Source of the DNA: Leptolyngbyaceae cyanobacterium
Lineage (GTDB): Bacteria > Cyanobacteriota > Cyanobacteriia > Phormidesmidales > Phormidesmidaceae
Direction of reading: 5' to 3'
Assembly (NCBI GenBank): GCA_050331235.1
Contig: JBHJHA010000088.1
Span: 1 to 64,000 of the forward strand
Length of the DNA: 64,000 bases
A program made the translations under genes and the position numbers. Below the pieces are notes generated by a model that saw only the letters and a program-made list of their open reading frames with translations, had not been told where the DNA came from and did no database searches. This document shows positions 20,117-30,389 of this stretch, in pieces. Position 1 is the stretch's first letter; each line of letters starts with the position of its first letter.

Positions 20117-21304
20117 ATGTTTACACCTCCTTCCTTCACCTTTGCCAAGGTCCCGCCGATTTACTTTGGCCCTGGCAAAATTGCTCAATTACCCACAGTG
20201 ATCAAACAGCTCCAGGGGCATCAGGTATTGCTCGTGGTCGGCCAGCGATCGCTGCAGGTTAGCGGCCAGCTAGACCAGATCTATCAGCTCTTTGACACGG
20301 CTGAATTGATCCATTGCACCGTCACCTGTCAGGGAGAGCCCACCACGGCGTTAATTGACGCGGTATGTCAGAAGCATCGGGACTCAGGGGTCGATATCGT
20401 GGTGGCGGTTGGGGGCGGCAGCGTGGTAGACGCGGGAAAGGCTATTTCCGCCATGCTGCCCCACCGCAATTCCATCCTCGACCATTTAGAAGGAGTCGGT
20501 CGGGGGCAGCCCCACAGCGGCGTTAAGTTGCCATTCATTGCCGTGCCAACCACCTCTGGCACCGGGGGAGAGGTGACCAAAAATGCGGTCATCAGCCAAG
20601 TGGGCGAAGCTGGCTACAAAAAGTCTATTCGCCATGAAAACCTGGTGCCCGATGCGGTTATTGTCGATGGCAACTTACTCGTCGGTTGTCCCCCTGGGGT
20701 CACTGCGGCCTGTGGCCTGGATGCGTTTACCCAACTAGTGGAGCCTTACCTATCGCCGACGGCGACGCCCCTAACCGATGCGATCGCCTGGAGCGGTTTA
20801 GTCGCCTTCCAAGCTAACTTCTTATCGGCCTGTGGGTCGGGCGCTGACGATCCCCATGTGCGGGGGGGCATGGCCTATGCCTCGCTGATGTCTGGGATTG
20901 CCTTGGCCAATGCTGGGTTGGGCATTGTGCACGGTTTGGCTTCGCCTCTCGGCGGCTTTTTTCCCATTCCCCATGGGGTTGCCTGTGGCACCTTAATTGG
21001 ACCAGCCCTAGAGCAAAACTGGCGCGCACTTAAGGCCAGAATGCCCGACAGTGTCGCCCTTACTAAGCTGGCTAAGCTAGGCCAACTCTTGAGCGATGAG
21101 CCTCATAAAACTGATGATTGGTATGCCCAAGCGGTGGGAGAAATTATTCAGACCTGGACGGCGATGTTAGAAGTTCCCAGGCTAGGAGCCTATGGCATCG
21201 AGGCTCAACATCTCGAAAAGATCCTGGCCGGGGCTAAAAACCGTAACAATCCAATCGAGTTAACTCGGATTGAAGTTAGGGAAATCTTAAACCAAAGGCT
21301 CTAG
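20117..21304 (+). CDS. Iron-containing alcohol dehydrogenase family protein
   Basis: GGGSVVDAGK, PTTSGTGGE, DAFTQ (Gln at a usual His ligand), GIVHGLA, PHGVAC; ATG at 20117 preferred. Confidence 0.92.
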   Translation: MFTPPSFTFAKVPPIYFGPGKIAQLPTVIKQLQGHQVLLVVGQRSLQVSGQLDQIYQLFDTAELIHCTVTCQGEPTTALIDAVCQKHRDSGVDIVVAVGGGSVVDAGKAISAMLPHRNSILDHLEGVGRGQPHSGVKLPFIAVPTTSGTGGEVTKNAVISQVGEAGYKKSIRHENLVPDAVIVDGNLLVGCPPGVTAACGLDAFTQLVEPYLSPTATPLTDAIAWSGLVAFQANFLSACGSGADDPHVRGGMAYASLMSGIALANAGLGIVHGLASPLGGFFPIPHGVACGTLIGPALEQNWRALKARMPDSVALTKLAKLGQLLSDEPHKTDDWYAQAVGEIIQTWTAMLEVPRLGAYGIEAQHLEKILAGAKNRNNPIELTRIEVREILNQRL

Positions 21305-21346
21305 CCCAGCCATCGAACGTGTTACCCATTCTTCGGTTCAAGCTTT

Positions 21347-22462
21347 ATGTATCTTGAGTCTCCTAAAATTGAGGACCTCCTCACTGCGATCGCGGATCTT
21401 GCCCTCACGACTGAGGATGTTGTCCTCATCCTAATTGGGGAACATGCCGACCTAGAGATTGATACGTTGATTCAACAATTATCAAAGCAGGAATACACCT
21501 TTATTGGGGCAATTTTTCCAGCGGTAATTTTTGAGAATACCCACAGTACATCCGGCGTCATCTTAAAATCTTTCCCGGCGGCAACCCAGCCCTATCTCAT
21601 CCAAAATTTAGATACTGACATTTCCCTGCCAGAGTTTGAAGAAGAATTCGATCTGTCAGAAGAGAATGACCTAACGGCCCTCGTCCTCATTGATGGCCTA
21701 ACGAGCCAAATCAGTAATTTTTTGTCTGAGCTTTACAATAACCTTGGCAACTCTGTTCGTTATTTAGGGGGGGGAGCTGGCTCGCTCAGCCTGGAACAAA
21801 AACCCTGTATTTTCACCGCTGCAGGATGTTTCCAAGATGCAGCGATTATTTTCTTTACGGCGTTGCAAAGTCAGCTTGGGGTCAAGCATGGCTGGCAGCG
21901 GTTAGAGGGTCCTTTGCCAGCGACTCAAACCCACCGCAACGCGATCGCAGAAATGAACTGGAAAAATGCCTTTCAGGTTTATAAAGAAACCGTCGAGGCG
22001 GACTGTCATCAGCAAATCACTTCAGACAACTTTTTTGAAATTGCCAAAGGATATCCCTTTGGAATTTACAAAGAGGGCCAGGAAGACATCGTGCGGGATC
22101 CCATCATTGTCACCGAATCGGGGGAACTAATTTGTGTCGGTGAAGTGCCAGAAAATGCCCTGTTGTATATCCTGCGGGGGGATGTTGAGTCCTTAGTCGA
22201 TTCCGCTAAAACAGCGGCGGCAGAAGCGATTGAAAACAGTCAAGCTGACCTTAAAGATATCCTTGTGGTTGACTGTATTTCTCGCGTTTTGTTCTTAGAT
22301 CAAGACTTTGATAAGGAGCTTCAGGCCTTGAGTGAAAAGCTCCAAGCTTCTGACTGCGCCTTGTCAGTGGAAGGCATTTTGACCCTAGGTGAAATCTCAT
22401 CTTACGGAGACGGATTTTTAGAGTTCTTCAATAAGACGATTGTTGTCGGAGCCCTTTTTTGA
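21347..22462 (+). CDS. FIST (FIST_N + FIST_C) sensor protein, NosP-like
   Basis: [46 protein letters not shown] motifs. Confidence 0.88.
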   Translation: MYLESPKIEDLLTAIADLALTTEDVVLILIGEHADLEIDTLIQQLSKQEYTFIGAIFPAVIFENTHSTSGVILKSFPAATQPYLIQNLDTDISLPEFEEEFDLSEENDLTALVLIDGLTSQISNFLSELYNNLGNSVRYLGGGAGSLSLEQKPCIFTAAGCFQDAAIIFFTALQSQLGVKHGWQRLEGPLPATQTHRNAIAEMNWKNAFQVYKETVEADCHQQITSDNFFEIAKGYPFGIYKEGQEDIVRDPIIVTESGELICVGEVPENALLYILRGDVESLVDSAKTAAAEAIENSQADLKDILVVDCISRVLFLDQDFDKELQALSEKLQASDCALSVEGILTLGEISSYGDGFLEFFNKTIVVGALF

Positions 22463-25083
22463 AATCTATGAGTCAAGCAGATAGCCGGCAGACTACCGTC
22501 AAAGATTTGAGCTTGCTTTATGAGCTCGCCCTCAATACGGGAAAGTCTTTGGATTTAAAGGAGAACTGTGATGCTTTTCTCAAGCATCTGATGGCCCGCA
22601 CCGATCTGCAATATGCTGCGGTTTGGATTCATCAGTCTAGGCTGGCAGAAGATCGCGATCGCGTCTCCTTGGTCTATGCCAATCCTCGCTTTCACGCTAG
22701 GGATAAACAGCTAGCTGCTGACCACCCCCTGTTCAATGTGTGGACGGCTAAAACTGACTACGAAATCATTGCTTCTGAGACCGATGCTGAAGCTTTTGAA
22801 CAGGTTTTAGTGGAAAAACGTATCAAGCAAGGAACGTTCGTTCTCATCAATTTGAAGCACTGGGGAGTGCTGAAGCTTTACCAATCTTCCAGCTCAGAAA
22901 CCTACAACGATCAAAAGCTCAATAAGCTGCGTAGCGTTATCAATAACTTTGCCCTGTCTTTAGAAGGGTGTTTGGCCCATGAGCGCTCAATTAGCGAAAT
23001 TGAGTCCCGCAAAAAAGCTGAGGCTGAACTACGCCAGGCCAAGGAAGCTGCAGAAGCCGCAACTAAGGCTAAGAGCGAGTTTTTAGCTACCATGAGTCAC
23101 GAAATTCGGACGCCGTTGAATGGCGTGATTGGCATGACGGGGTTGCTGTTAGATACCCATTTAACGCCGCAGCAGCAGCATTACACGGAGGTGATTCGGA
23201 GCAGTGGTGATGCGCTGTTAACCATCATTAACGATATCCTCGACTTCTCCAAGATTGAATCCGGACAACTCACCCTGGAAGTGCAGCCTTTCAACCTACG
23301 TCAGTGCTTAGAAGAAGCCTTTGACTTAGTGTTTAACCGGGCTAGTGAAAAAGGTATAGAACTGGCCTATCAAATTGCCCCTGACGTGCCTGGGGATGTT
23401 TATGGGGATGTCACTCGCCTGCGTCAAATCTTAGTCAATTTGCTGGGAAATGCGGTGAAATTCACCCATGAGGGGGAAGTGACGGCCAAGGTCACCGTGG
23501 AAGCGGTCAGTGCAGATCATGCCGAGGGTGATCCCTATACGATTCAGTTTGCTGTGAGTGATACGGGTATCGGCATCCCCAAAGATCGCTTAAACCGTCT
23601 GTTTCAGTCATTCTCGCAGGTGGATTCATCGATTACCCGACGCTATGGTGGCACTGGTCTAGGATTAGCGATTTGTCAGCGCCTCTGCCAGCTCATGGGC
23701 GGTAAGATTTGGGTTGAAAGTCAGGTTAATCAGGGCTCGACTTTTGCCTTTGCTCTGCCAGTACAAGCAGTTCCCGGTGATGCCACCGACCAATCTACAT
23801 CGGAGATTGCGCAACTGGCGGGCAAACGGCTCTTGATTGTCGATGACAACGCGACTAGCTGCGAAATTTTGCTAACCCAAGCCCAAGCCTGGGGACTCGA
23901 GGCCGAAGCCTATCAGTCACCGACAGCCGCGCTGTCGGGCCTCGGGCAAGATCCGTTTGACTTCGCCATTTTGGACTTGCAAATGCCGGAAATGGATGGC
24001 ATTTCCTTGGCCAAAGCTATCCGACAATCGCCCCACGGGACCCAAGTGCCCATGATTATGGCTACGGCCTCAGCCGGACCAGAAAAAGAACAAGAGGCTC
24101 TAGAGGCGGGGTTTGCTGCATTTGTGAATAAGCCGGTCAAGCAGTCTCAGCTATTGGCAACATTGGCCCAATTAACCCATAAGAAAGGCTCGGCCCCGAT
24201 CAAGGTGAACTCAAAAAATAAGCCGGCTTCGGGCATCGATAGCGAATTGGCCCAGCGACATCCGCTCAAGATTTTGGTGGCTGAAGACAATCTAGTCAAC
24301 CAGCAGCTGGCTATTCAGCTATTGCAGCGCATGGGTTATCGAGTCGAGGTGGTCGGCAACGGCCAAGAAGTTTTGCAGGCTCTAAGCCAGCAGTTCTACG
24401 ACCTCATCTTCATGGATTTGCAGATGCCCGAGATGGATGGCCTTACTGCTACACGAGAAATTTGCCAGCGCTACGCGGCTGAGGCGCGTCCCTATATCGT
24501 GGCGATGACGGCTAATGCGATGCAGGGCGATCGCGAACGGTGTCTCGAAGCTGGGATGGATGACTATGTCAGCAAGCCGATTCGCTTGCCGGAGCTCACT
24601 GCGGCCCTCCAGCGCTGCCCTCAGCGGGGTGAGGGTGCGGCTGAGGCTGACTGGGTCGTCCCAGAGGCGACGGCGATCGCCGAGCCGGATGTCCTGATGG
24701 ACTATGACATCTTAGAGGGCTTAGTCGCCTTATTTGGACCAACGGCTCAAAGCCAGTTGCAAGAGATTATTCAGACTTTTGTAGAAGAATCCTCTAAGCA
24801 ACTCACCACTCTTATGGCTGCGACTAAATCAGCGGATCGAGAAGCGATTCACACCGCGGCCAAAGGCTTGAGTTCAGGAAGCCGCTCGGTAGGCTTGAGA
24901 CAAATTCCGCTCATTTGCACTCAAATTATTGATGCCAACGTTCACGAGCTGTCAGCCCTGCAACCTCATCTGCGAGAGTTGCAGCAGCAGCTGTCACAGG
25001 GCCATGGCCTACTAAATCAGTTTTGCCAAACCCTACAGCGACCCGAAAAAGGTCTTGTAAGTTCTACCCCGACCGTCCCCTAG
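22459..25083 (+). CDS. Hybrid histidine kinase HisKA-HATPase-REC-REC-Hpt(degenerate)
   Basis: [22 protein letters not shown], two receivers; start overlaps the FIST stop (TTGA); Hpt His appears replaced by Lys. Confidence 0.92.
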   Translation: MKSMSQADSRQTTVKDLSLLYELALNTGKSLDLKENCDAFLKHLMARTDLQYAAVWIHQSRLAEDRDRVSLVYANPRFHARDKQLAADHPLFNVWTAKTDYEIIASETDAEAFEQVLVEKRIKQGTFVLINLKHWGVLKLYQSSSSETYNDQKLNKLRSVINNFALSLEGCLAHERSISEIESRKKAEAELRQAKEAAEAATKAKSEFLATMSHEIRTPLNGVIGMTGLLLDTHLTPQQQHYTEVIRSSGDALLTIINDILDFSKIESGQLTLEVQPFNLRQCLEEAFDLVFNRASEKGIELAYQIAPDVPGDVYGDVTRLRQILVNLLGNAVKFTHEGEVTAKVTVEAVSADHAEGDPYTIQFAVSDTGIGIPKDRLNRLFQSFSQVDSSITRRYGGTGLGLAICQRLCQLMGGKIWVESQVNQGSTFAFALPVQAVPGDATDQSTSEIAQLAGKRLLIVDDNATSCEILLTQAQAWGLEAEAYQSPTAALSGLGQDPFDFAILDLQMPEMDGISLAKAIRQSPHGTQVPMIMATASAGPEKEQEALEAGFAAFVNKPVKQSQLLATLAQLTHKKGSAPIKVNSKNKPASGIDSELAQRHPLKILVAEDNLVNQQLAIQLLQRMGYRVEVVGNGQEVLQALSQQFYDLIFMDLQMPEMDGLTATREICQRYAAEARPYIVAMTANAMQGDRERCLEAGMDDYVSKPIRLPELTAALQRCPQRGEGAAEADWVVPEATAIAEPDVLMDYDILEGLVALFGPTAQSQLQEIIQTFVEESSKQLTTLMAATKSADREAIHTAAKGLSSGSRSVGLRQIPLICTQIIDANVHELSALQPHLRELQQQLSQGHGLLNQFCQTLQRPEKGLVSSTPTVP

Positions 25084-25147
25084 ATTGTCCCAATGCCGCT
25101 GTTTCTCTCAGACTTTACTTAATCAATCGTTTTCGAGCGCTAATGCT

Positions 25148-28100
25148 ATGGATCCTAAGACAACTGTTCAGAATCATCGCTCGGCTCAAGACGAGTCACT
25201 GACCGCCGACCGAGGCGAAAACAGCGACATGCAAACTCTGAATATTGCCCTGCAAACAGCGCTGCAGCAAGGGTGTGAAGCCATCAGTTGGGACTACGGG
25301 GAAGTTTGGATGTTCCAAAGCCCACCCGATACTTTGACTTTGAGTGAGGCCTACTTTGTTAAGCCTGAGCACACTGAGGCTGTCACTGAGTTTCGGCAGC
25401 AGAGCCGTCGGTGGACTTTTGCAAAAGGTGAGGGCCTCCCTGGTCGATTATGGGCAACTGGTCAAGCAGAATGGATTGATCTCTCGGATGAGCTAACGGC
25501 CCAGGGGTACAAAAGGGCCGCTTTATCAGCGGCGGCGGGATTGGAGACAGCGTTGGGAATTCCGCTGTTTATTTGCGATCGCTTGATTGCGGCATTTGTG
25601 TTTTATAGCTGTCAGGCTCTACCGCCTAATCCAGAAGCGATTCGACAGATTCAATCGCTGATTCAGCTTGGCTCTCAAGTCCACTACACGTTGTCAGCAC
25701 CAATCGTCTATGAGCGCGAGCAGCGGTTTCGGTTACTGGTCGAACATGTCACCGACTACGCCATTTACATGCTGGATCAAGATGGCAGAGTTGATAGCTG
25801 GACCCTAGCTGCGGAAAAGATGAAAGGCTACAGAGAGACCGAAATCCTCGGTCAGCATTACAGCACTTTTTTTGATCCTGCGGACCAGGCAGAGGGGTTG
25901 CCGGCACAAATCTTGAGTACCGCCGCCGCTACCGGCTATTTTCGCGGCAAGGGTGTCCGCGTCCGCAAAGACGGCAGCAAATTTTGGGCCCGCGTTGTGG
26001 TGACAGCCCTTAGAGACGAGGGGGGAGGACTCACTGGCTTTGCCAAAATCGTCCAGGATGTGACCCAAGAGCACCAAGCGACGGAACAGCTCAAACAGCG
26101 AGAGGCAATGTATGGCAGCCTCTTTCAGCAATCTAATGACGGCATCTTGATTCACAACTTGGAGGGAACCATTCTTGATGCGAATAACCGCATCTTGGCG
26201 CTCTTGGGCTATAACTACGATGAAATTTTGCAGATGCGAGTCCATGAGCTACATCCCCCTGAGGAAAAAGAAGTCTGTCGACAGGCCTTGCTCTCTGTGC
26301 AGACGGAGGGGCAAGACCAGTTTGAAAGCTACTTTCAGCGAGCCGATCAAACCTTAGTGCCGGTGGAGATTTCCGCTAGTTTCATGCAGGTCGGCGATCG
26401 CCGCCTTATTCAAGGCGTTGTACGTGATATCAGCGAACGCCGGCAAACCGAATCCAAAATGCGGCAAAAGCTGGAGGCGGAGAAGCTGCTCACCACCATC
26501 TCTACGAGAATCCGACAATCACTAGAGCTGAAAACGCCCCTACAGACCACGACCCAAGAAGTGCTCGATTTTCTCAAAGTCGATCGAACCCTGATCTATC
26601 AGTTTTCCGAAAATTGGGGCGGCAAAGTCATCGTAGAAGCCGTTACCGATCAGAGCCTATCGATTCTCAATCAACCAATTTATGACCCTTGTTTTGGAGG
26701 CAATTATGCGCGGCTTTATCAGATGGGTCGCGTTAGCGTGGTTGACGATATCCACAAAGCCAACTTAAAAGCCTGCTACGTCGAGTTTCTAGAGCAAATT
26801 CAGGTCCATGCCAGTTTGGTGGTGCCAATCATCTATCGCGAAAACCTTTGGGGTTTGTTAGTGATTCATCTTTGCCAGGCTCCTCGCCCTTGGACGCCGT
26901 GGGAAGTCGATTTGATTAGTCAGCTATCAAATCAAGTGGCGATCGCAATTCACCAAGCCGAGCTCTATACCCAAATCCAGTCGGAATTAAAAACGCGATC
27001 GCGGATCGAGCAAGATCTCCGCAACAGCGAAAATGCCATTCGTAAACTCTACGAAATCACATCGGCTTCAGACACGGACTTTCAGGAACGCCTCAAGCAA
27101 CTCTTACAATTCGGGCGCGAGCAGTTCGGGCTGGAGGTTGGTCAGCTCGCACAGATTACCGGCGACACGTATCAAATCACGACGGCACAGTTGAGCAACG
27201 GGGTAACAACAGCCGGGGCCATCCTCGACCTGCAGCAGCAGTTTTGTGCCAATGTCGTCAAAATCCAAAAGACCCTATCGATCACCCATGCCAGCGAACA
27301 GTCCCAATGGGCTGATCATCCAGCCTATCAAGCCTTTGGGATTGAGGCCTATTTAGGTACTCCGGTCACCGTCAATAATCAAATCTTTGGAACTCTAGCC
27401 TTCACAAGCCGCACTCCACATTCAGGTTCTTTTCACCCAGTTGACCGGGAGTTACTCCAGCTGATGGCCCAATGGATTGGCGTCACCATCGAACGCCGTC
27501 AAACCCTTAAAGATTTAGAAGCGGCTAAAAATAAGGCCCTTGCTGGAACTCGCTCTAAGAGCGAATTTTTGGCTACCATGAGCCACGAAATCCGCACACC
27601 AATGAATGCCATTATCGGCATGACCGGGCTGCTTTTAGACACGCCGCTTAATCACCAGCAAAAGGACTTTGTTGAAACGGTGCGTAACAGTGGGGAGACC
27701 TTACTCACCATCATCAACGATATCCTTGACTTTTCTAAAATTGAGTCCGGCCGGCTCGAACTTGAGGAGTCGATCTTTGGTTTGCGTCAGTGCGTTGAGG
27801 ATGCGCTTGATCTGATCGCGGCCCAAGCACAGCAATAGAAGTTGTAGCTGGCATACGAGATTGCGAATGATGTGCCGCTGACAATCGCCGGCGATATCAC
27901 TCGTCTGCGACAGGTTCTTGTTAACCTGTTGACCAACGCCGTCAAATTTACAGAAAAAGGAGAAGTTTTTCTCCAGATTCAGCTCGAGTCAGCCTCTGAA
28001 CCCAATAATTCTGAAAAGCCTTATCTCTTCCATTTTTCCGTCAAAGATTGTGGCATTGGAATTCCCCCAGAACGGATGGATCGCCTATTCAAACCCTTCA

Positions 28101-29656
28101 GCCAAGTTGATGCGTCTACCACCCGCAAATATGGCGGTACGGGACTCGGATTGGTCATTTGCAAACAGCTGGTTGAGGCCATGGGGGGCACTATCTGGGT
28201 AGAGAGCATTGTCAGCCAAGGCACGACCTTTCACTTCACCATTGGCACCAGTGCCCACACAGAAGCCACGACCGAGTCCCAGAGTGCTGACAGCAGTAAG
28301 CTTCAGCATAAAAAAGTGTTAGTCGTTGATGACAATGCCACCAATCGCAAACTTTTGCAGGCCAAGACCCAAGCCTGGGGCATGCAGCCAGTTTTAGTCT
28401 GCTCTGGGCCAGAAGCTCTAACTCAGCTACAGCACAGCGAAGACTCGTTTGATATTGCGATTTTAGATATGCAGATGCCAGGAATGGACGGTCTGCAGTT
28501 GGCGCAAGCCATTCACGGAACAACACGATACCGTGATTTACCACTGGTCATGTTGACCTCGGTCGTGAGGGAAACGATAGCAGCCGCAGAGATCAAGAAA
28601 CATTTCAAGACGTGTTTGCACAAGCCCGTCAAACACAGCAGGCTGTACGAGGTGTTGTGTGAGGCACTCTTTGATGTCCGAATCTCCTTGAGCACCTCAG
28701 CTAAGGAAAGCCCGATTAATCCGCAGCCGCTGGCCGAGAGCCATCCGCTCAAAATTTTGGTCGCGGAAGATAACGTCGTTAACCAAAAGCTGGCTATTCA
28801 CCTGTTACTCAGTTTAGGCTACCGTATTGAGGTTGCCGCCAATGGGATCGAAGCCCTAGAAGCCCTAGCAAGGCAGTCCTTTGACTTGGTGTTGATGGAT
28901 GTACAGATGCCTGAAATGGATGGCCTTACGGCGAGCCAAAAGATTCGGGAAAAGTATCATCCTTGTCCTAAGATTGTGGCCGTTACAGCCAATGCTATGG
29001 CCGGCGATCGCGAACAATATTTGGCATCTGGCATGGATGACTATATCAGCAAGCCAATCCGTGTCGAGGAACTGGTCGCAGTGCTGAAAAATACTCAACC
29101 GTTGGCCTTAGAACAAGATCAGACTCCCGATCAGGCACAGCCAGCACCCATGGCATCAGTGGAACCCGATCCTTTTGATGGTGTTTCTGCCAGCCGGATA
29201 GCGACGTCCAATAACGAATCTGACAATCAGCCAGAGAAAGTGTCCGGCGGCTCGATATACCCGTTATCTACCAATGACATCCGGGCGATCGGCATTGACA
29301 CACAACCTCTCATCGAGATGCACGAAGCCTTTGGAGGAAATTGGCAAACTGTCGGCCAAGTGGTAACGCTGTTTCTAAAAGAGGCTCCGAGCTTGATTAT
29401 TCAGCTGCATCAGGCTGCCCAAGCCGATGATTTGGAAGCCATCAACGCGGCCGCGCACACCTTGAAATCTAACAGCGCTATGATGGGTGCCAATACGCTG
29501 ACCCAATACTGTACTGACTTGGAAGCCCAGAGTTTGCGTAAAACGCTATCTTCTGCTGATGCCCAAACCATGGCTAACAGCATTCAAGAGAACTTTGAGC
29601 TGCTCAAAACCTTTCTCGCTGAGTTGATTGCCAGTGATTTTGCCCTGCTCCAGTAA
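25148..29656 (+). pseudogene. GAF-PAS-PAS-CBCR GAF-GAF hybrid kinase (HisKA/HATPase-REC-REC-Hpt) interrupted by two in-frame TAGs at 27836 and 27845
   Basis: ORFs 25085..27838 and 27872..29656 share a frame; junction AQQ*KL*LAYEIANDVP aligns without gaps to [17 protein letters not shown] of the upstream paralog. Confidence 0.85.
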
Positions 29657-29805
29657 TCTTGCTCTGAGGAGGCCGACAAGCTCCCTTTGCTAAGCTGGCG
29701 CATCCCACCCTGTAAACGCTGCCGACGCAGTAATGCATTAGGCTTCAGGCAAGAGAATCAGGAGTTCTGAAGCGCCTTCTTTAATGCCCGTAGACAAGTA
29801 GGATA

Positions 29806-29918
29806 ATACTATTTCTGCGAATCACGACTATACATAAGCTTCTTCAAAGCCCCTTTTTCAAGGGGCAGCGACAGCGGGGGATTTTCAAATCTGTAGCGCT
29901 ATTACAGAGAATTGGTAT
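29806..29918. repeat. Short MITE/dispersed-repeat-like element
   Basis: Imperfect terminal inverted repeats (ATACTATTTCTG.. / ..GAGAATTGGTAT) enclosing a GCCCCTT-TTTC-AAGGGGC hairpin. Confidence 0.4.
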
Positions 29919-30011
29919 AACCCGATGGAAAGCAACTGCCGCTGCCTTAGTGAAACAGGAGAGCGACGGCGACTAGAAATCGGGAACTGCCATATTGATG
30001 TTCCCAGCAGG

Positions 30012-30329
30012 CTACAAAACGCTGGCTTCAAACTCCTGGCGATCGCCATAGATCTTAAAGACTCGGTCCATTTTGGTGAGCTTAAAAATCATGCTTACCT
30101 GATCAGACAAACCGCACAAATAAAGGTCCTTGTTTTGTGCTCTAACCGCTTTCAGAATGGCCACCAGCGCACCAATTCCTGAGCTATTCATAAAGGTAAT
30201 ATCTTGCATATCGACAAGTACCATCTCTGTATTGGAATCAAGGGAACTCAGAATTTTGTTTTTCAGTTCGTTAGTTGCAGCGCCATCCAAAACGCCAGCG
30301 GGATTAACAATTTTGAGTGTAGTGGTCAT
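30012..30329 (-). CDS. STAS-domain anti-sigma factor antagonist (RsbV/SpoIIAA-like)
   Basis: LVDMQDITFMNSSGIGALV with phosphoacceptor Ser; GGAG RBS before ATG 30329; 105 aa. Confidence 0.92.
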   Translation of the reverse strand: MTTTLKIVNPAGVLDGAATNELKNKILSSLDSNTEMVLVDMQDITFMNSSGIGALVAILKAVRAQNKDLYLCGLSDQVSMIFKLTKMDRVFKIYGDRQEFEASVL

Positions 30330-30389
30330 GTCATTCTCCAGTACTGTAGAAAAGGTAAAAATCATGATTGAACGGTCGAAATAAACTGC

